From Bacteroidales bacterium (GTDB lineage Bacteria; Bacteroidota; Bacteroidia; Bacteroidales; VadinHA17), in assembly GCA_021163295.1 (NCBI GenBank), contig JAGGXD010000023.1:12370-76369 (forward strand): a stretch of 64,000 nucleotides of DNA. Reading direction: 5' to 3'. Within the stretch, counting starts at the first letter, position 1, and each line of letters starts with the position of its first letter. The notes beneath the pieces were generated by a model, which saw only the letters and a list, made by a program, of their open reading frames with translations, searched no databases and was not told the origin of the DNA. This document shows, one piece after another, positions 1 to 10,946 of the stretch. Made by a program: the position numbers and the translations under genes.

Positions 1-1
1 C

Positions 2-1222
2 CTTAGATATAAAGGCGACGAAAAACTTGCCATAATCAGGCATAACGTAACACTTATTGATAATGAAGCTGAGTTAAATACGGAATTTCTGGATTATGAT
101 CTGAACACAGACATAGGATATTATTTTAATGGTGGCACCATTCTTTCAGACGAGAATACTCTTAGTAGTATCCTGGGTAGCTACAATACAATACTAAAAG
201 AGTTTCATTTTAAAGACAGTGTAGTAATTCTAAATCCCGACTATACTATTCTTTCTGATACGATGGAATACAATACCGTATCAGAAATTTCATATTTCTT
301 CGGACCAACTGAAATAATAGGTGACAGCAGTTATCTTTACTGCGAAGATGGTTGGTATAATACAAAAACAGACATCAGTAAACTAAAAATACATGCTCTG
401 GTAAAATCTAAAAATCAAATAGTTAAAGGAGACTCCATTTATTATGAGAAGATTAATGGTTATGGGAAAGCCTATGGTAATGTTGAGTTAACTGATACAT
501 TGAAAGACATGATTGTTAAAGGAAATTTTTCAGAGTATTTTGAACAACCGGAAAGTTTCTTTGTAACTGATAGTGCTGTATTTATTCAAATTACAAGCAC
601 CGATAGCCTCTTTGTTCACGCTGATACACTCAGGTCTTATAAAGATTCAACAGAAAAATACCGTACAGTAAGTGCCTATTACCATTGTAAAATGTATAAG
701 GATGATTTTCAAGCTAAATGCGACTCAATGGTTTATTCACTCCGGGATTCAGTTATCAGGATGTATAATGATCCCATTCTTTGGTCAGATAAAAATCAGA
801 TAACTGCCGATTCTATAGCAATTTTTACGAAAGACGGGCATGCTGATCATCTTGAAATGTATAATAACGCATTCATTATTACCATGGAAGACAGTATTCG
901 GTTCAATCAGATTAAAGGCAAGAATATGATTGCATTTTTTAAGGATGATAACCTTTACAGGATTAATGTAACCGGTAATGGTGAAACAATTTACTATACT
1001 TCAGATGAAGGAGAAACAGTTGGAGTAAACCAGGCACTTTGCAGTGACATTATCATTTACCTGGAAAACAAGGAAATAAGTAAAATCAGTTTTCTTGTTA
1101 AACCAGACGGCATCATGACCCCACCCGATGATGAAAATCCTGAAAACCTTAGACTTGATGGATTTAGTTGGCTTGAATTATTCAGACCATTAAATAAATG
1201 GGATATTTTTATATGGGAATAA
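2..1222 (+). CDS. OstA-like (LptA-fold) domain protein, 5' partial
   Basis: Frame 2 is open from nt 2 (LRYKGDEKLAIIRHNVTLIDNEAELN...) straight into the tracked ORF 263..1222, so the gene starts upstream of the window. Repetitive beta-rich modules resemble Bacteroidota OstA-like proteins. Confidence 0.5.
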   Translation, partial: LRYKGDEKLAIIRHNVTLIDNEAELNTEFLDYDLNTDIGYYFNGGTILSDENTLSSILGSYNTILKEFHFKDSVVILNPDYTILSDTMEYNTVSEISYFFGPTEIIGDSSYLYCEDGWYNTKTDISKLKIHALVKSKNQIVKGDSIYYEKINGYGKAYGNVELTDTLKDMIVKGNFSEYFEQPESFFVTDSAVFIQITSTDSLFVHADTLRSYKDSTEKYRTVSAYYHCKMYKDDFQAKCDSMVYSLRDSVIRMYNDPILWSDKNQITADSIAIFTKDGHADHLEMYNNAFIITMEDSIRFNQIKGKNMIAFFKDDNLYRINVTGNGETIYYTSDEGETVGVNQALCSDIIIYLENKEISKISFLVKPDGIMTPPDDENPENLRLDGFSWLELFRPLNKWDIFIWE

Positions 1223-1241
1223 GTGAATAGAACGTATTCAG

Positions 1242-1463
1242 TTAATACTCATCTTCGTTAAAAAAGAAATCATCTTTACTGGGATAGTCGGGCCATATAT
1301 CTTCAATACTTTCATAAATTTCTTCCTCATCTTCAATCTCCTGAAGATTCTCAATTACTTCTAATGGTGCTCCAGAACGAATTGCATAATCGATTAATTC
1401 ATCTTTGGCTGCAGGCCAGGGAGCATCTTCCAATTTTGACGCTAATTCAAGTGTCCAATACAT
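1242..1463 (-). CDS. DUF2795 domain protein
   Basis: 73 aa. WPAAKDELIDYAIRSGAPLEVIENL followed by an acidic tail is the typical DUF2795 signature. Confidence 0.6.
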   Translation of the reverse strand: MYWTLELASKLEDAPWPAAKDELIDYAIRSGAPLEVIENLQEIEDEEEIYESIEDIWPDYPSKDDFFFNEDEY

Positions 1464-1554
1464 ATATGCTCAATTTTAGATTCCCTTAATCAGAACCTTC
1501 TGAAAAATTGTGCAAATATATAAAAATAAATATCAAATAATCAAATGGGGAAAC

Positions 1555-2109
1555 TTATTTTTTTGAACCAGGTTTCCAATAAATTTCAATTATCTTAAAA
1601 TCTTTGGTAAGCTTACGGGAAAGGACAAAAAGATAATCAGATAACCTGTTAAGATACTTTGCACAAACCCTGCTTTTCATGCCAATGTTATCAATTGCAA
1701 AAACTTTTCTTTCAGCTTTGCGGCAAACACATCTCGCAATATGGCAATAAGAAATAATTGTATTTCCTCCGGGAATAATAAATGAAGATAAAGCTTCAAG
1801 GTTTTTGTCAATGGAGTCAATCTTATCTTCAATTCTATTAATATCCTTTTCTTCAAGTCCCGCGACAATAGCTTTACTGTTAGGGTAATCTGAAGCAAAA
1901 ACCGCAGCAGCAGTCATAAGACAGCGTTGAATCCACTCAAGAAAAGCTTTATCATCATTATTGATCTTTTGAACTCTAATCAACCCAATATATGAATTCA
2001 ATTCATCAACCGATCCATATGCTTCAATTCTAACATCGTTTTTCGGTACTCTTGCACCACCGGCTAATGATGTTTCTCCCTGATCTCCTGTCCCGGTATA
2101 GATCTTCAC
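1555..2109 (-). CDS. PduO-type ATP:cob(I)alamin adenosyltransferase
   Basis: N-terminus MKIYTGTGDQGETSL and the VDELNSYIG motif, with the typical ~185 aa length. Confidence 0.85.
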   Translation of the reverse strand: MKIYTGTGDQGETSLAGGARVPKNDVRIEAYGSVDELNSYIGLIRVQKINNDDKAFLEWIQRCLMTAAAVFASDYPNSKAIVAGLEEKDINRIEDKIDSIDKNLEALSSFIIPGGNTIISYCHIARCVCRKAERKVFAIDNIGMKSRVCAKYLNRLSDYLFVLSRKLTKDFKIIEIYWKPGSKK

Positions 2110-2198
2110 TGTGAACTATATTATTGAGTAGTTATATTGAACGCTTCTTTACTATTTGTCATTCCTATTCTCCCAAAAAGTTATGGGTTACGGGTTTC

Positions 2199-2918
2199 TC
2201 AGCTCTTCGCCCTTTGCTCTTCTCTCTCTGCTTTCTTATTCATTGTATCTGAATCAATCATACCATCAAATAATCTGATAATCCTGTTAGCACGTTGAGC
2301 AATATCCTCTTCATGAGTAACAAGTATAACAGTATTCCCACTCTCATATATCCCGCCAATTACATCCATAATATCACTTGAAGTTTTAGAATCAAGGTTT
2401 CCTGTGGGCTCGTCTGCTAAAATAATTGAAGGATAATTAACCAGTGCCCTTGCCATTGCAACTCTCTGACGTTGTCCTCCGGAAAGCTCATTTGGTTTAT
2501 GGGTCATCCTGTCTGTTAAACCTACACTTTCAATAACTTCCTTGGCCCTGATCATCCTATCCGGTTTTGATATACCGGAATAAACCATAGGAAGCATAAC
2601 ATTTTCAAGGGCAGAATAACGGGGTAACAAATTAAAAGTCTGGAAAATAAAACCAATCTCCTGATTTCGTATTTCTGCCAGTTTGTTATCATCCATCTTA
2701 CTCACATCAGTGCCATTGAGAATATATTGTCCGCTTGTGGGTGTATCAAGACATCCAATCAGGTTCATCAAAGTAGATTTTCCCGAACCCGAAGGACCCA
2801 TTATAGCTACATATTCACCCTTATCTATCTTAATAGAAACTGAACGGAGTGCTTTTACAACTACTGTTCCTACATAATAATTTTTTACAATTTTACCTAG
2901 AGATATTACATTTTCCAT
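2199..2918 (-). CDS. ABC transporter ATP-binding protein (MacB/LolD-like)
   Basis: Walker [10 protein letters not shown], signature LSGGQRQR, Walker B ILADEPT. I prefer the ATG at 2918 ([10 protein letters not shown]) because the tracked start at 2999 overlaps the upstream gene. Confidence 0.85.
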   Translation of the reverse strand: MENVISLGKIVKNYYVGTVVVKALRSVSIKIDKGEYVAIMGPSGSGKSTLMNLIGCLDTPTSGQYILNGTDVSKMDDNKLAEIRNQEIGFIFQTFNLLPRYSALENVMLPMVYSGISKPDRMIRAKEVIESVGLTDRMTHKPNELSGGQRQRVAMARALVNYPSIILADEPTGNLDSKTSSDIMDVIGGIYESGNTVILVTHEEDIAQRANRIIRLFDGMIDSDTMNKKAEREEQRAKS

Positions 2919-2995
2919 CACCGAATATAGATTATTGAATAAACTACGAAAATAATTTATTTTGTTGAGAAACAAGCAATGCCTCAATTTTCTTT

Positions 2996-3793
2996 TCAAT
3001 ATCTAATTCTGAAATGTTGCTTTGAATAAATTTCTTCACGAAAAAATACCAGACCAAACCTAAAAAGGTCAAGTGTCAATTTTACATTAGAAAATTTCTT
3101 TATCCTTTCCCATGCCTTCTCCATTCCACCACTCCAGTGAATATCATCAAATATAATAACACTTTCAGAATTCACAGCTTCAAGGCATAACTCAAAATAT
3201 TTAATTGTTGCTTCTTCCCTGTGATCTCCATCAATAAATATCAGATCAATGTCAGGTAATTGATCCAACAGCCCGGGCAACACGTTAATGAATTCACCTG
3301 TATATTGCTTTATATTACTGATTTTTAACCTACTGAAATTTTCCATGGCCAAAGCAGACAATATTTCCGAACCTTCAATTGTATAAATATTTGCATTTCT
3401 ATCGGGTAAAGCAAGGTATGACGTACCAATACCTATTGATGTACCTAATTCAAGAATAACCTTCGGTTTAAAAAACATAACAGTGCGATATAGAAGATTG
3501 CCATATTTTTTTTGTGTGGAAGATAACCTGGCAATATTTCCGATACTGAGATTTTTACTTTTACCAAAATGCGATCCTGCGCCAAAACCGGTTGTTTCCA
3601 CTTTTGTCTTCTCTGATCGTAGCTCAGAACTAAGATCATTAATTTCCTTCATCTTCCGTTCAATTGTCCGGTCTCTTAAAACTTTTATTACATATTCGTA
3701 TATAAAAGGGGAATGGATGCCATACCCCCTACCATGTCCGGCAAACAGGTAGTAATTTATGTATTTTAGTATGTATTTTAGATTATTAATCAT
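2996..3793 (-). CDS. class I SAM-dependent methyltransferase
   Basis: [16 protein letters not shown] (motif I) and [13 protein letters not shown] at 3793; the tracked start at 3802 is a TTG. Confidence 0.7.
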   Translation of the reverse strand: MINNLKYILKYINYYLFAGHGRGYGIHSPFIYEYVIKVLRDRTIERKMKEINDLSSELRSEKTKVETTGFGAGSHFGKSKNLSIGNIARLSSTQKKYGNLLYRTVMFFKPKVILELGTSIGIGTSYLALPDRNANIYTIEGSEILSALAMENFSRLKISNIKQYTGEFINVLPGLLDQLPDIDLIFIDGDHREEATIKYFELCLEAVNSESVIIFDDIHWSGGMEKAWERIKKFSNVKLTLDLFRFGLVFFREEIYSKQHFRIRY

Positions 3794-3914
3794 AGAAGGC
3801 AAAGGATAGGCTTAGGAAGAAAAAAGCATATAAATTCATTAAAATTGATTCATGTGTAAAGTTAAGAAAATAAGCCTATTTAAAGTCTGAAAGGTTCATA
3901 TATGCAATCAAAAA

Positions 3915-3944
3915 CCTTAGCCTTAGCCTTAGCCTCATCCTTCT
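3915..3944. repeat. tandem hexamer tract (CCTTAG)x3 then CCTCAT CCTTCT
   Basis: Read directly in the divergent intergenic region between the methyltransferase gene and recG. Confidence 0.9.
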
Positions 3945-4039
3945 TGAGTAACTAAAATTAGTATTAATTATCACTTAGATATGGCTTTTTTAATTAATTT
4001 GCGAAGCTATGCTTTTATTATTTAAAATATTTTTTCCCA

Positions 4040-6145
4040 ATGTCTGATAGTTTGAAAACCGACATACAATATCTAAGCGGGGTTGGACCAAAAAGAGCTG
4101 ATTTATTAAGGAAGGAGCTTCAAATCAAATGTTTTGAAGACCTTTTATACTATTTTCCATACAAATATGTTGACAGGTCAAAGTTCTATACTATCAAAGA
4201 AATAAACAGCAGCCTTCCATACATCCAGATCAAAGGTCGTATAACCAACTTTGAAACAGCAGGCTATAAAAGGAACAAAAGACTTGTTGCAAATTTTACT
4301 GATGATACGGGAACTATTGAACTTGTATGGTTTCGTGGTGTTCAATGGATAAAAAATAGTCTTAAAATCGGAAAAGAATATGTAGTCTTCGGTAAACCCG
4401 GGGTTTTCAATAATAGAATAAATATAATCCATCCTGAAGTTGAAGCACAGGAAACGCTGAAAAGTAAGATCAATGCGCCCTTACAATCCTTTTACAATAC
4501 AAGCGAAACACTAAAAAAAGGTTATCTTAATTCAAAAGCAATTCAGAAACTACAAAACAATCTTCTTCAACAGGTTAAAGGAAAAATCAGGGAAACAATG
4601 CCATCATACATGATTAATGAATTAAAACTTTTATCATTGGATGAGGCACTTCTCAATATTCACTTCCCAAAAAATCCCACAATACTAAAAAATGCAGAAT
4701 TCAGACTTAAATTTGAAGAACTTTTTTATATCCAGCTAAACCTGTTTAAACAGAAAAAAACAAGAAGTAAAGAACTGACAGGACATGTGTTCTCAACCGT
4801 AGGTAATAATTTTAACACTTTTTATCATAAACATCTTCCATTCAAATTAACATCAGCCCAAAAAAGAGTACTGAAAGAAATCAGGCAGGATACAGGTTCG
4901 GGGAAACATATGAACAGACTTCTTCAGGGAGATGTCGGTTGTGGAAAAACACTTGTTGCATTAATGAGTATGCTTATTGGACTTGATAATGGCTTCCAGT
5001 CTTGTATGATGGCTCCAACCGAAATACTTGCCAAACAGCATTTCCAGACACTGACAAAAATGCTGGAGAATATGGATATTCAAATTGCACTGCTTACAGG
5101 TTCAACTAAACAATCAGAAAGAAAAGTAATATTTAATAATCTTAAAGAGGGAACACTAAAGATCCTTGTAGGAACACATGCACTAATTGAAGAAACTGTA
5201 AAATTCCAAAATCTCGGTCTTGTTGTTATTGATGAACAGCATCGCTTTGGTGTTGCACAAAGAGCAAAGCTATGGGAAAAGAACAGACAACCTCCCCATA
5301 TTCTGGTAATGACCGCAACACCTATTCCTCGGACACTTGCAATGACGCTTTATGGTGATCTCGAAATATCAGTTATTGATGAACTTCCACCCGGAAGAAA
5401 ATCTGTAATAACAGCACATTATTACGATTCAAAAAGATTAAGACTTTTCAGTTTTATACGCAAACAAATTAAGAAAGGACAACAAATATTTATTGTATAT
5501 CCACTTATCCGGGAATCAGAAAAGATGGATTATAAAGATCTGGAAGATGGCTACGAAGGTATAGTAAGAGAATTTCCACCACCGGAATACGCAGTGAGTG
5601 TTGTGCATGGAAGAATGAAAACCGAAGAAAAAGATATTGCCATGAGGTATTTTGTGAAAGGGCAAACTGATATTATGGTAGCTACAACTGTAATCGAAAT
5701 TGGTGTTGATATACCTAATGCATCCGTAATGGTTATTGAAAGTGCTGAAAGATTCGGCTTATCACAACTTCATCAACTACGGGGCAGGGTTGGCAGAGGA
5801 GCAGATCAATCCTATTGTTTACTTATGACCTCAACGAAACTTACACATGAAGCAAGAAAAAGAATTGAAACGATGGTGGAAACAAATGATGGTTTTGAAA
5901 TTGCTGAAGTTGATCTGAAATTACGCGGACCGGGAGACCTGGAAGGAACACAACAAAGTGGCATTGCATTCAACCTTAGAATTGCCAACCTTGGAAAAGA
6001 CGGACAAATTCTTCAATACGCAAGAGATAAGGCTGAAGAAATAATAGAAAAGGATCCTGAGCTTATTAAACCTGATAATACAATCCTTGTTTCACAATTA
6101 AAAAAGTTGCGAAAAGAAAATATCGACTGGAGTTCAATAAGTTAG
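4040..6145 (+). CDS. recG: ATP-dependent DNA helicase RecG
   Basis: 701 aa. N-terminal wedge/OB region, helicase motifs GDVGCGKT, DEQHRFG, TATPIPRT and QLHQLRGRVGRG. Confidence 0.95.
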   Translation: MSDSLKTDIQYLSGVGPKRADLLRKELQIKCFEDLLYYFPYKYVDRSKFYTIKEINSSLPYIQIKGRITNFETAGYKRNKRLVANFTDDTGTIELVWFRGVQWIKNSLKIGKEYVVFGKPGVFNNRINIIHPEVEAQETLKSKINAPLQSFYNTSETLKKGYLNSKAIQKLQNNLLQQVKGKIRETMPSYMINELKLLSLDEALLNIHFPKNPTILKNAEFRLKFEELFYIQLNLFKQKKTRSKELTGHVFSTVGNNFNTFYHKHLPFKLTSAQKRVLKEIRQDTGSGKHMNRLLQGDVGCGKTLVALMSMLIGLDNGFQSCMMAPTEILAKQHFQTLTKMLENMDIQIALLTGSTKQSERKVIFNNLKEGTLKILVGTHALIEETVKFQNLGLVVIDEQHRFGVAQRAKLWEKNRQPPHILVMTATPIPRTLAMTLYGDLEISVIDELPPGRKSVITAHYYDSKRLRLFSFIRKQIKKGQQIFIVYPLIRESEKMDYKDLEDGYEGIVREFPPPEYAVSVVHGRMKTEEKDIAMRYFVKGQTDIMVATTVIEIGVDIPNASVMVIESAERFGLSQLHQLRGRVGRGADQSYCLLMTSTKLTHEARKRIETMVETNDGFEIAEVDLKLRGPGDLEGTQQSGIAFNLRIANLGKDGQILQYARDKAEEIIEKDPELIKPDNTILVSQLKKLRKENIDWSSIS

Positions 6146-6179
6146 AGCATAGAACACAGTTTAGCAAAATAATTAACAA

Positions 6180-7043
6180 ATGTATTTTTATATTAAACCG
6201 GTAATACTTGGCCTGATGATCCTGTTGCAGGTTTTTCTTCCGGAAATAACCTCGGGCCAAAATGAAAAATGCAATATAATTAACCGTGCATCTGCTCACG
6301 GTGAATCCTTGTCATATATTGTTTCATATAATGTTTTTATTTTCTGGACTGATGTCGGAGTAGTAAATTTCACGGTATCAGAGGCAGAAAAAGATAAACT
6401 CAAACGTCTATATCTTCATGGCACAGGACTAACTTTACCTACCTGGAACTGGTTTTTTAAAGTTGAAGATTCATACGAATCATGGACCGATCCTGTCACC
6501 CTTAAACCTTATGAGTTTAAAAGAGATGTATATGAAGGAGGTTATGAAATAGATATTCATTACAATTTTGACCGGGAACTAAATATCGCCTGGTCAACCT
6601 CAAGCAAAACAAACAAACCGGAATGGAAAGATACTATCGAAATAACCGAATGCACATACGATGTATTATCAATTCTTTACTACACCAGGAATATTGATTA
6701 TTCAGCTTATAATCCGGGTGATACTATTCCTGTCACAATCCTACTGGATAATGAGTTAACCAATATCTATTTTCGCTATCTTGGCAAAGAAAACATCAGA
6801 GTACATGGTTTTGGAAAATTCAGATGTATTAAGTTTAGTGTCTATCTTGTCGAAGGTACTCTTTTTGAAGGAGGTGAAGATATGCAAGTTTGGGTAACAG
6901 ATGATGATAACAGGATACCATTGAAAATTAATTCGCCAATACTTGTTGGTTCAGTGAAAGCCCGGATAATAAGTATTAAAGGGATAATACATCCCTTAAG
7001 TTCAAGAATCTTAAAAAAATCGTATATTCGAAATAATAAATGA
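6180..7043 (+). CDS. DUF3108-like exported protein
   Basis: Signal-like N-terminus and a beta-rich body. The family assignment is by resemblance only. Confidence 0.45.
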   Translation: MYFYIKPVILGLMILLQVFLPEITSGQNEKCNIINRASAHGESLSYIVSYNVFIFWTDVGVVNFTVSEAEKDKLKRLYLHGTGLTLPTWNWFFKVEDSYESWTDPVTLKPYEFKRDVYEGGYEIDIHYNFDRELNIAWSTSSKTNKPEWKDTIEITECTYDVLSILYYTRNIDYSAYNPGDTIPVTILLDNELTNIYFRYLGKENIRVHGFGKFRCIKFSVYLVEGTLFEGGEDMQVWVTDDDNRIPLKINSPILVGSVKARIISIKGIIHPLSSRILKKSYIRNNK

Positions 7044-7057
7044 AATTTAGCGTATCT

Positions 7058-7082
7058 AATCAGTCGGCAGTCCAAAGTCGCC
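7058..7082 (+). repeat. dispersed intergenic element copy a (AATCAGTCGGCAGTCCAAAGTCGCC)
   Basis: Shares AATCAGTC...AGTCCA.A.TC with the copies at 32379 and 45206. Lies just after a stop codon. Confidence 0.8.
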
Positions 7083-7290
7083 ATTTAGTAATCAAAAAAA
7101 CGCAAAGTGTAATGAAATTAGTCATTTTTAATACTGAGCGTTTTGTCGAAGTATAGACATTCCAAATTTTTTACTCTTAGCGCAGTTGAAGGTAAGGCAC
7201 TGAATAATTACATATTATTTTGATTCATTAAAAATTGTCGATATACTGCAAAACCTGACAAACTTAACTTATTTTTCTTCTATTCTTTTT

Positions 7291-7298
7291 TAACTTTG
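7291..7298 (+). promoter_or_regulatory. Bacteroidota -7 box TAACTTTG for the rseC-rnf operon
   Basis: Matches TAnnTTTG. Lies 22 nt upstream of the ATG at 7320. Confidence 0.45.
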
Positions 7299-7319
7299 CT
7301 AACTATTATTTTAGGGTAA

Positions 7320-7742
7320 ATGGGAACATCGAAGGAAATTAAACATCCCGGGGTAATTACGAGTATTGACTTCTCCAAAATAAAGGTCAATATCACAACC
7401 TATTCAGCATGTTCATCATGCGGGGCAAAAGGTATTTGTTCCATATCCGATGTTAAAGATAAGATTGTTGAAGTTCCAAAAACCGGCGATTTTTCTGTCG
7501 GTCAGAAAGTCCAGGTTATTCTGCATCAAACCCTGGGCTTCAAAGCCCTTTATCTTGGTTATGTTCAACCCGTTATCGTAGTATTAATAATTTTAATTTT
7601 CACTAGTTCCATTACCCGGAATGAGGTATTGGCAGGCCTCATTTCCCTGGGAACTCTGGGACCTTACTATCTGATCTTATATTTCTACAGAGAAAAAATC
7701 AGAAATAAATTCACCTTTGCAATCAAGAAACAAGAACAATGA
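7320..7742 (+). CDS. rseC: RseC/MucC family (SoxR-reducing system) protein
   Basis: Cys motif SACSSCGAKGIC, two C-terminal TM helices, and position immediately upstream of rnfB with a 4-nt overlap. Confidence 0.7.
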   Translation: MGTSKEIKHPGVITSIDFSKIKVNITTYSACSSCGAKGICSISDVKDKIVEVPKTGDFSVGQKVQVILHQTLGFKALYLGYVQPVIVVLIILIFTSSITRNEVLAGLISLGTLGPYYLILYFYREKIRNKFTFAIKKQEQ

Positions 7743-8605
7743 GCAGCATATTATTAACAATATTATCTCTCAGTTCTATTGGTATTATAGCTGCTATAAT
7801 ACTTTTCCTGTTTGCACAAAAATTCAAGGTTCTTGAAAATCCGATAATATTTGATGTTGAGGATGCACTGCCTGCTGCTAATTGTGGCGGATGCGGGTAT
7901 CCCGGTTGCAAGAATTTTGCAGAGGCATGTGTAAATTCAGATACTCTTGATGATCTGTACTGTCCGGTAGGCGGACAGGAAACCATGGACATTGTGGCAA
8001 ATCTCCTGGGCAAAGAAGCAAAACAAACTGATCCAAGAGTTGCCGTTATACGATGTTCAGGATCATTTGAGAACAGACCCAGAACAAACTATTACGACGG
8101 TGCTTCATCATGTGCAGTGGCATCCGCATTATATGTCGGTGACACTGATTGTCCGGTAGGATGCCTTGGTATGGATGATTGTGTGGATGTATGTGAATTC
8201 GAAGCAATATATATGAATAGAAAAACCGGCCTTCCGGTTGTAATTGATGAAAATTGCACTGCCTGTGGCGCTTGTGTTGAAGCTTGTCCGAGAGATATTA
8301 TTGAACTGAGAAAGAAAAATAAAAATGACAGACACATATTTGTTTCATGTATTAATACGGAAAAAGGCGGAATTGCTAAGAAATACTGTTCTGTTGCTTG
8401 CATTGGATGTACAAAATGTTTTAAAGTTTGTGAGTTTGAAGCAATCACAATGGGCAATAACCTGGCTTTTATCGATTCAGATATGTGCACACTATGCAGA
8501 AGATGTGTCACTGAATGCCCAACTCATGCAATACTTGAGATCAATTTTCCGCCCAGAAAAATAAAAACGGATAAAGAAAATGCTTTAATGAAACGGGATG
8601 AGTAA
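7739..8605 (+). CDS. rnfB: Rnf electron transport complex subunit B
   Basis: N-terminal TM helix, CGGCGYPGC motif and multiple CxxCxxCxxxCP ferredoxin motifs. Confidence 0.9.
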   Translation: MSSILLTILSLSSIGIIAAIILFLFAQKFKVLENPIIFDVEDALPAANCGGCGYPGCKNFAEACVNSDTLDDLYCPVGGQETMDIVANLLGKEAKQTDPRVAVIRCSGSFENRPRTNYYDGASSCAVASALYVGDTDCPVGCLGMDDCVDVCEFEAIYMNRKTGLPVVIDENCTACGACVEACPRDIIELRKKNKNDRHIFVSCINTEKGGIAKKYCSVACIGCTKCFKVCEFEAITMGNNLAFIDSDMCTLCRRCVTECPTHAILEINFPPRKIKTDKENALMKRDE

Positions 8606-9935
8606 GATGCTAAAAACATTTAGAAAGGGAGGAATTCATCCGCCGGAGTATAAACTCACGGGTAAAAATCCTGTTAAAATATTACCACTCCCGGAGAAAG
8701 TAACTATTCTGCTCTCTCAACATATTGGTGTACCTGCAATACCCGTTGTCAACAAAGGGGATACTGTTAAAGTTGGACAGTTAATTGCACAGGGAAGAGG
8801 ATTTGTGTCTGCCAGTATTCACTCATCAGTTTCGGGGAAAGTTGTTAAAATCGATTCAATACCTGATCATACCGGTTATAAGAAACCTGCAATAGTTATC
8901 GAAGTGGAGGGAGATGAATGGGAAGAAAACATAATTAAATCAACTGATCTCCGAAAAGATATCACACTTTCAAAAGATGAGATATTAGAAAAAATTCGTG
9001 AATCAGGAATTGTAGGATTAGGAGGTGCAGCATTCCCATCACATGTTAAACTTATACTACCTAAGAATAAGAAAGCAGAAACACTAATCATTAACGGGGT
9101 TGAGTGTGAACCATATTTAACTTCTGATCACAGGTTAATGCTTGAATATGGTGAAGAAATGATGGTGGGTATTCATATCCTTATGAAAGTCCTGAATATC
9201 AGGAAAGCTATAATAGGGATCGAAAATAATAAAGCTGATGCTGTTTGTTTTTTAAAGGATATCTCCTCAAAATTTCCGGGAATTGAAGTATATCCTTTAA
9301 AAGTAAAGTACCCGCAGGGAAGTGAAAAACAACTTATTGAAGCTCTGACAGGCAGGGAAGTCCCTTCCCGAAAATTACCTATCGATGTAGGGGTTATTGT
9401 TCATAATGTTTCAACAGCATATGCAGTTTACGAAGCTGTTCAGAAAAACAAACCACTAATAAACAGAATAGTAACCGTTTCGGGTAAATCATTGAAAAAC
9501 CCATCCAATTTTGTTGTCAGGATAGGTACTCCGGTCCGGTTCCTTATTGAAGCAGCCGGCGGTCTTCCGGAAAATACAGGTAAGGTAATAAGTGGCGGAC
9601 TGATGATGGGAAAAACTATCAACTCACTCGATGTACCTGTAATAAAAGGAATGTCTGGAATACTGGTTTTACCTGAAGATGAAACGAAAAGAAAATCAAT
9701 TGAACCCTGCATCCGGTGTTCAAAATGTGTAACCATTTGCCCTATGGGACTTGAGCCGTATTTATTAATGCCATTAACTCAAAATGGAAGTTTTTACAGA
9801 CTGGAAAAACAAATGGTTTTAGATTGTATAGAATGTGGTTCATGCAGCTATATCTGCCCGTCTAACAGACCTTTACTCGACTTTATCAGACTTGGAAAAA
9901 CGGAAGTTACCAAACTTATTAATGAAAGGAAATAA
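8598..9935 (+). CDS. rnfC: Rnf complex subunit C
   Basis: GLGGAAFP nucleotide-binding motif and two C-terminal 4Fe-4S motifs (CIRCSKCVTICP, CIECGSCSYICP). Confidence 0.9.
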   Translation: MSKMLKTFRKGGIHPPEYKLTGKNPVKILPLPEKVTILLSQHIGVPAIPVVNKGDTVKVGQLIAQGRGFVSASIHSSVSGKVVKIDSIPDHTGYKKPAIVIEVEGDEWEENIIKSTDLRKDITLSKDEILEKIRESGIVGLGGAAFPSHVKLILPKNKKAETLIINGVECEPYLTSDHRLMLEYGEEMMVGIHILMKVLNIRKAIIGIENNKADAVCFLKDISSKFPGIEVYPLKVKYPQGSEKQLIEALTGREVPSRKLPIDVGVIVHNVSTAYAVYEAVQKNKPLINRIVTVSGKSLKNPSNFVVRIGTPVRFLIEAAGGLPENTGKVISGGLMMGKTINSLDVPVIKGMSGILVLPEDETKRKSIEPCIRCSKCVTICPMGLEPYLLMPLTQNGSFYRLEKQMVLDCIECGSCSYICPSNRPLLDFIRLGKTEVTKLINERK

Positions 9936-9938
9936 GTA

Positions 9939-10946
9939 TTGACAGATAATAAATTATTAACGGTTTCTCCCTCACCACATGTTTTCGGAAAAGAAACAAC
10001 TCCGAATCTTATGTACGGTGTTATTATCGCCCTTATACCTGCAGTACTGGCTTCAATCCTGTATTTTGGGTGGGGTGCCGTAATCGTTATATCAGCAGCG
10101 GTATTTTCGTCAGTTTTATTTGAGTTCCTGATCCAGAAGTTCCTTTTATGTAAAAAAACTACGATACATGATGGCTCGGCAATTATTACAGGCTTATTAC
10201 TCTCTTTGTGCCTTCCTTCCAATTTCCCCGTTTGGCTTATTATCCCCGGTAGTCTGTTTGCAATTGGAGTTGGGAAGTTATCATTCGGAGCGTTGGGTAA
10301 TAATCCTTTCAATCCGGCACTTATCGGAAGGGTTTTCCTTTTCATTTCTTTTCCCGCAAAAATGGCAAGTTGGCCCGATGCACAAGGATTTCAAACTCAA
10401 TATGTTGATGCAAACACAGGAGCAACTCCACTAAGTATCATTAAAGAAGGTCTGGGTAAAGGTGATTCCATATCACATCTGATGGATAAAATCCCTACCT
10501 ATCAGCAATTATTCTTTGGCAACATGGGTGGATCAATTGGCGAAGTCGCTGCAATTGCATTAATTCTTGGTCTTGCATATATGCTTCTAAGAAAGATTAT
10601 CACATGGCATATACCTGTATCAATAATTTTTACTGTCGTAATTTTTACAGGTATTCTCTGGCTTATTAATCCGGAACAAAATGCCGATCCACTTTTCCAT
10701 ATCCTGTCAGGAGGAATACTCCTGGGAGCAATTTTTATGGCAACTGATTACGTTACTTCACCCATGACAGGGAAAGGAATGATTTTATACGGGATCTGCA
10801 TCGGAATATTAACAGTAGTAATCAGGCGATTCGGATCCTACCCTGAAGGTGTTCAATTTGCAATACTAATTATGAATGGATTTGTTCCGCTAATAAATTA
10901 TTATATCAAACCAAAGCGATTTGGAGAGGAGGTAACAAATGGCTAA
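9939..10946 (+). CDS. rnfD: Rnf complex subunit D
   Basis: Polytopic NqrB/RnfD-like membrane protein carrying the FMATDYVTSP flavinylation-site motif. TTG start per the ORF track. Confidence 0.9.
   Translation: MTDNKLLTVSPSPHVFGKETTPNLMYGVIIALIPAVLASILYFGWGAVIVISAAVFSSVLFEFLIQKFLLCKKTTIHDGSAIITGLLLSLCLPSNFPVWLIIPGSLFAIGVGKLSFGALGNNPFNPALIGRVFLFISFPAKMASWPDAQGFQTQYVDANTGATPLSIIKEGLGKGDSISHLMDKIPTYQQLFFGNMGGSIGEVAAIALILGLAYMLLRKIITWHIPVSIIFTVVIFTGILWLINPEQNADPLFHILSGGILLGAIFMATDYVTSPMTGKGMILYGICIGILTVVIRRFGSYPEGVQFAILIMNGFVPLINYYIKPKRFGEEVTNG

Noticed and set aside
2919-2999. 27-codon N-terminal extension of the ABC ATPase in the ORF track.
   Set aside because: It overlaps the end of the upstream methyltransferase gene, and the extension ([19 protein letters not shown]...) does not look like part of an NBD. 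The ATG at 2918 gives the canonical N-terminus.
3915-3944. CCTTAG and GGGTTAC tracts as telomere-like repeats.
   Set aside because: There are only 3 copies each, they are internal to a gene-dense bacterial segment, and they differ from each other. They are better treated as part of the general micro-repeat phenomenon.
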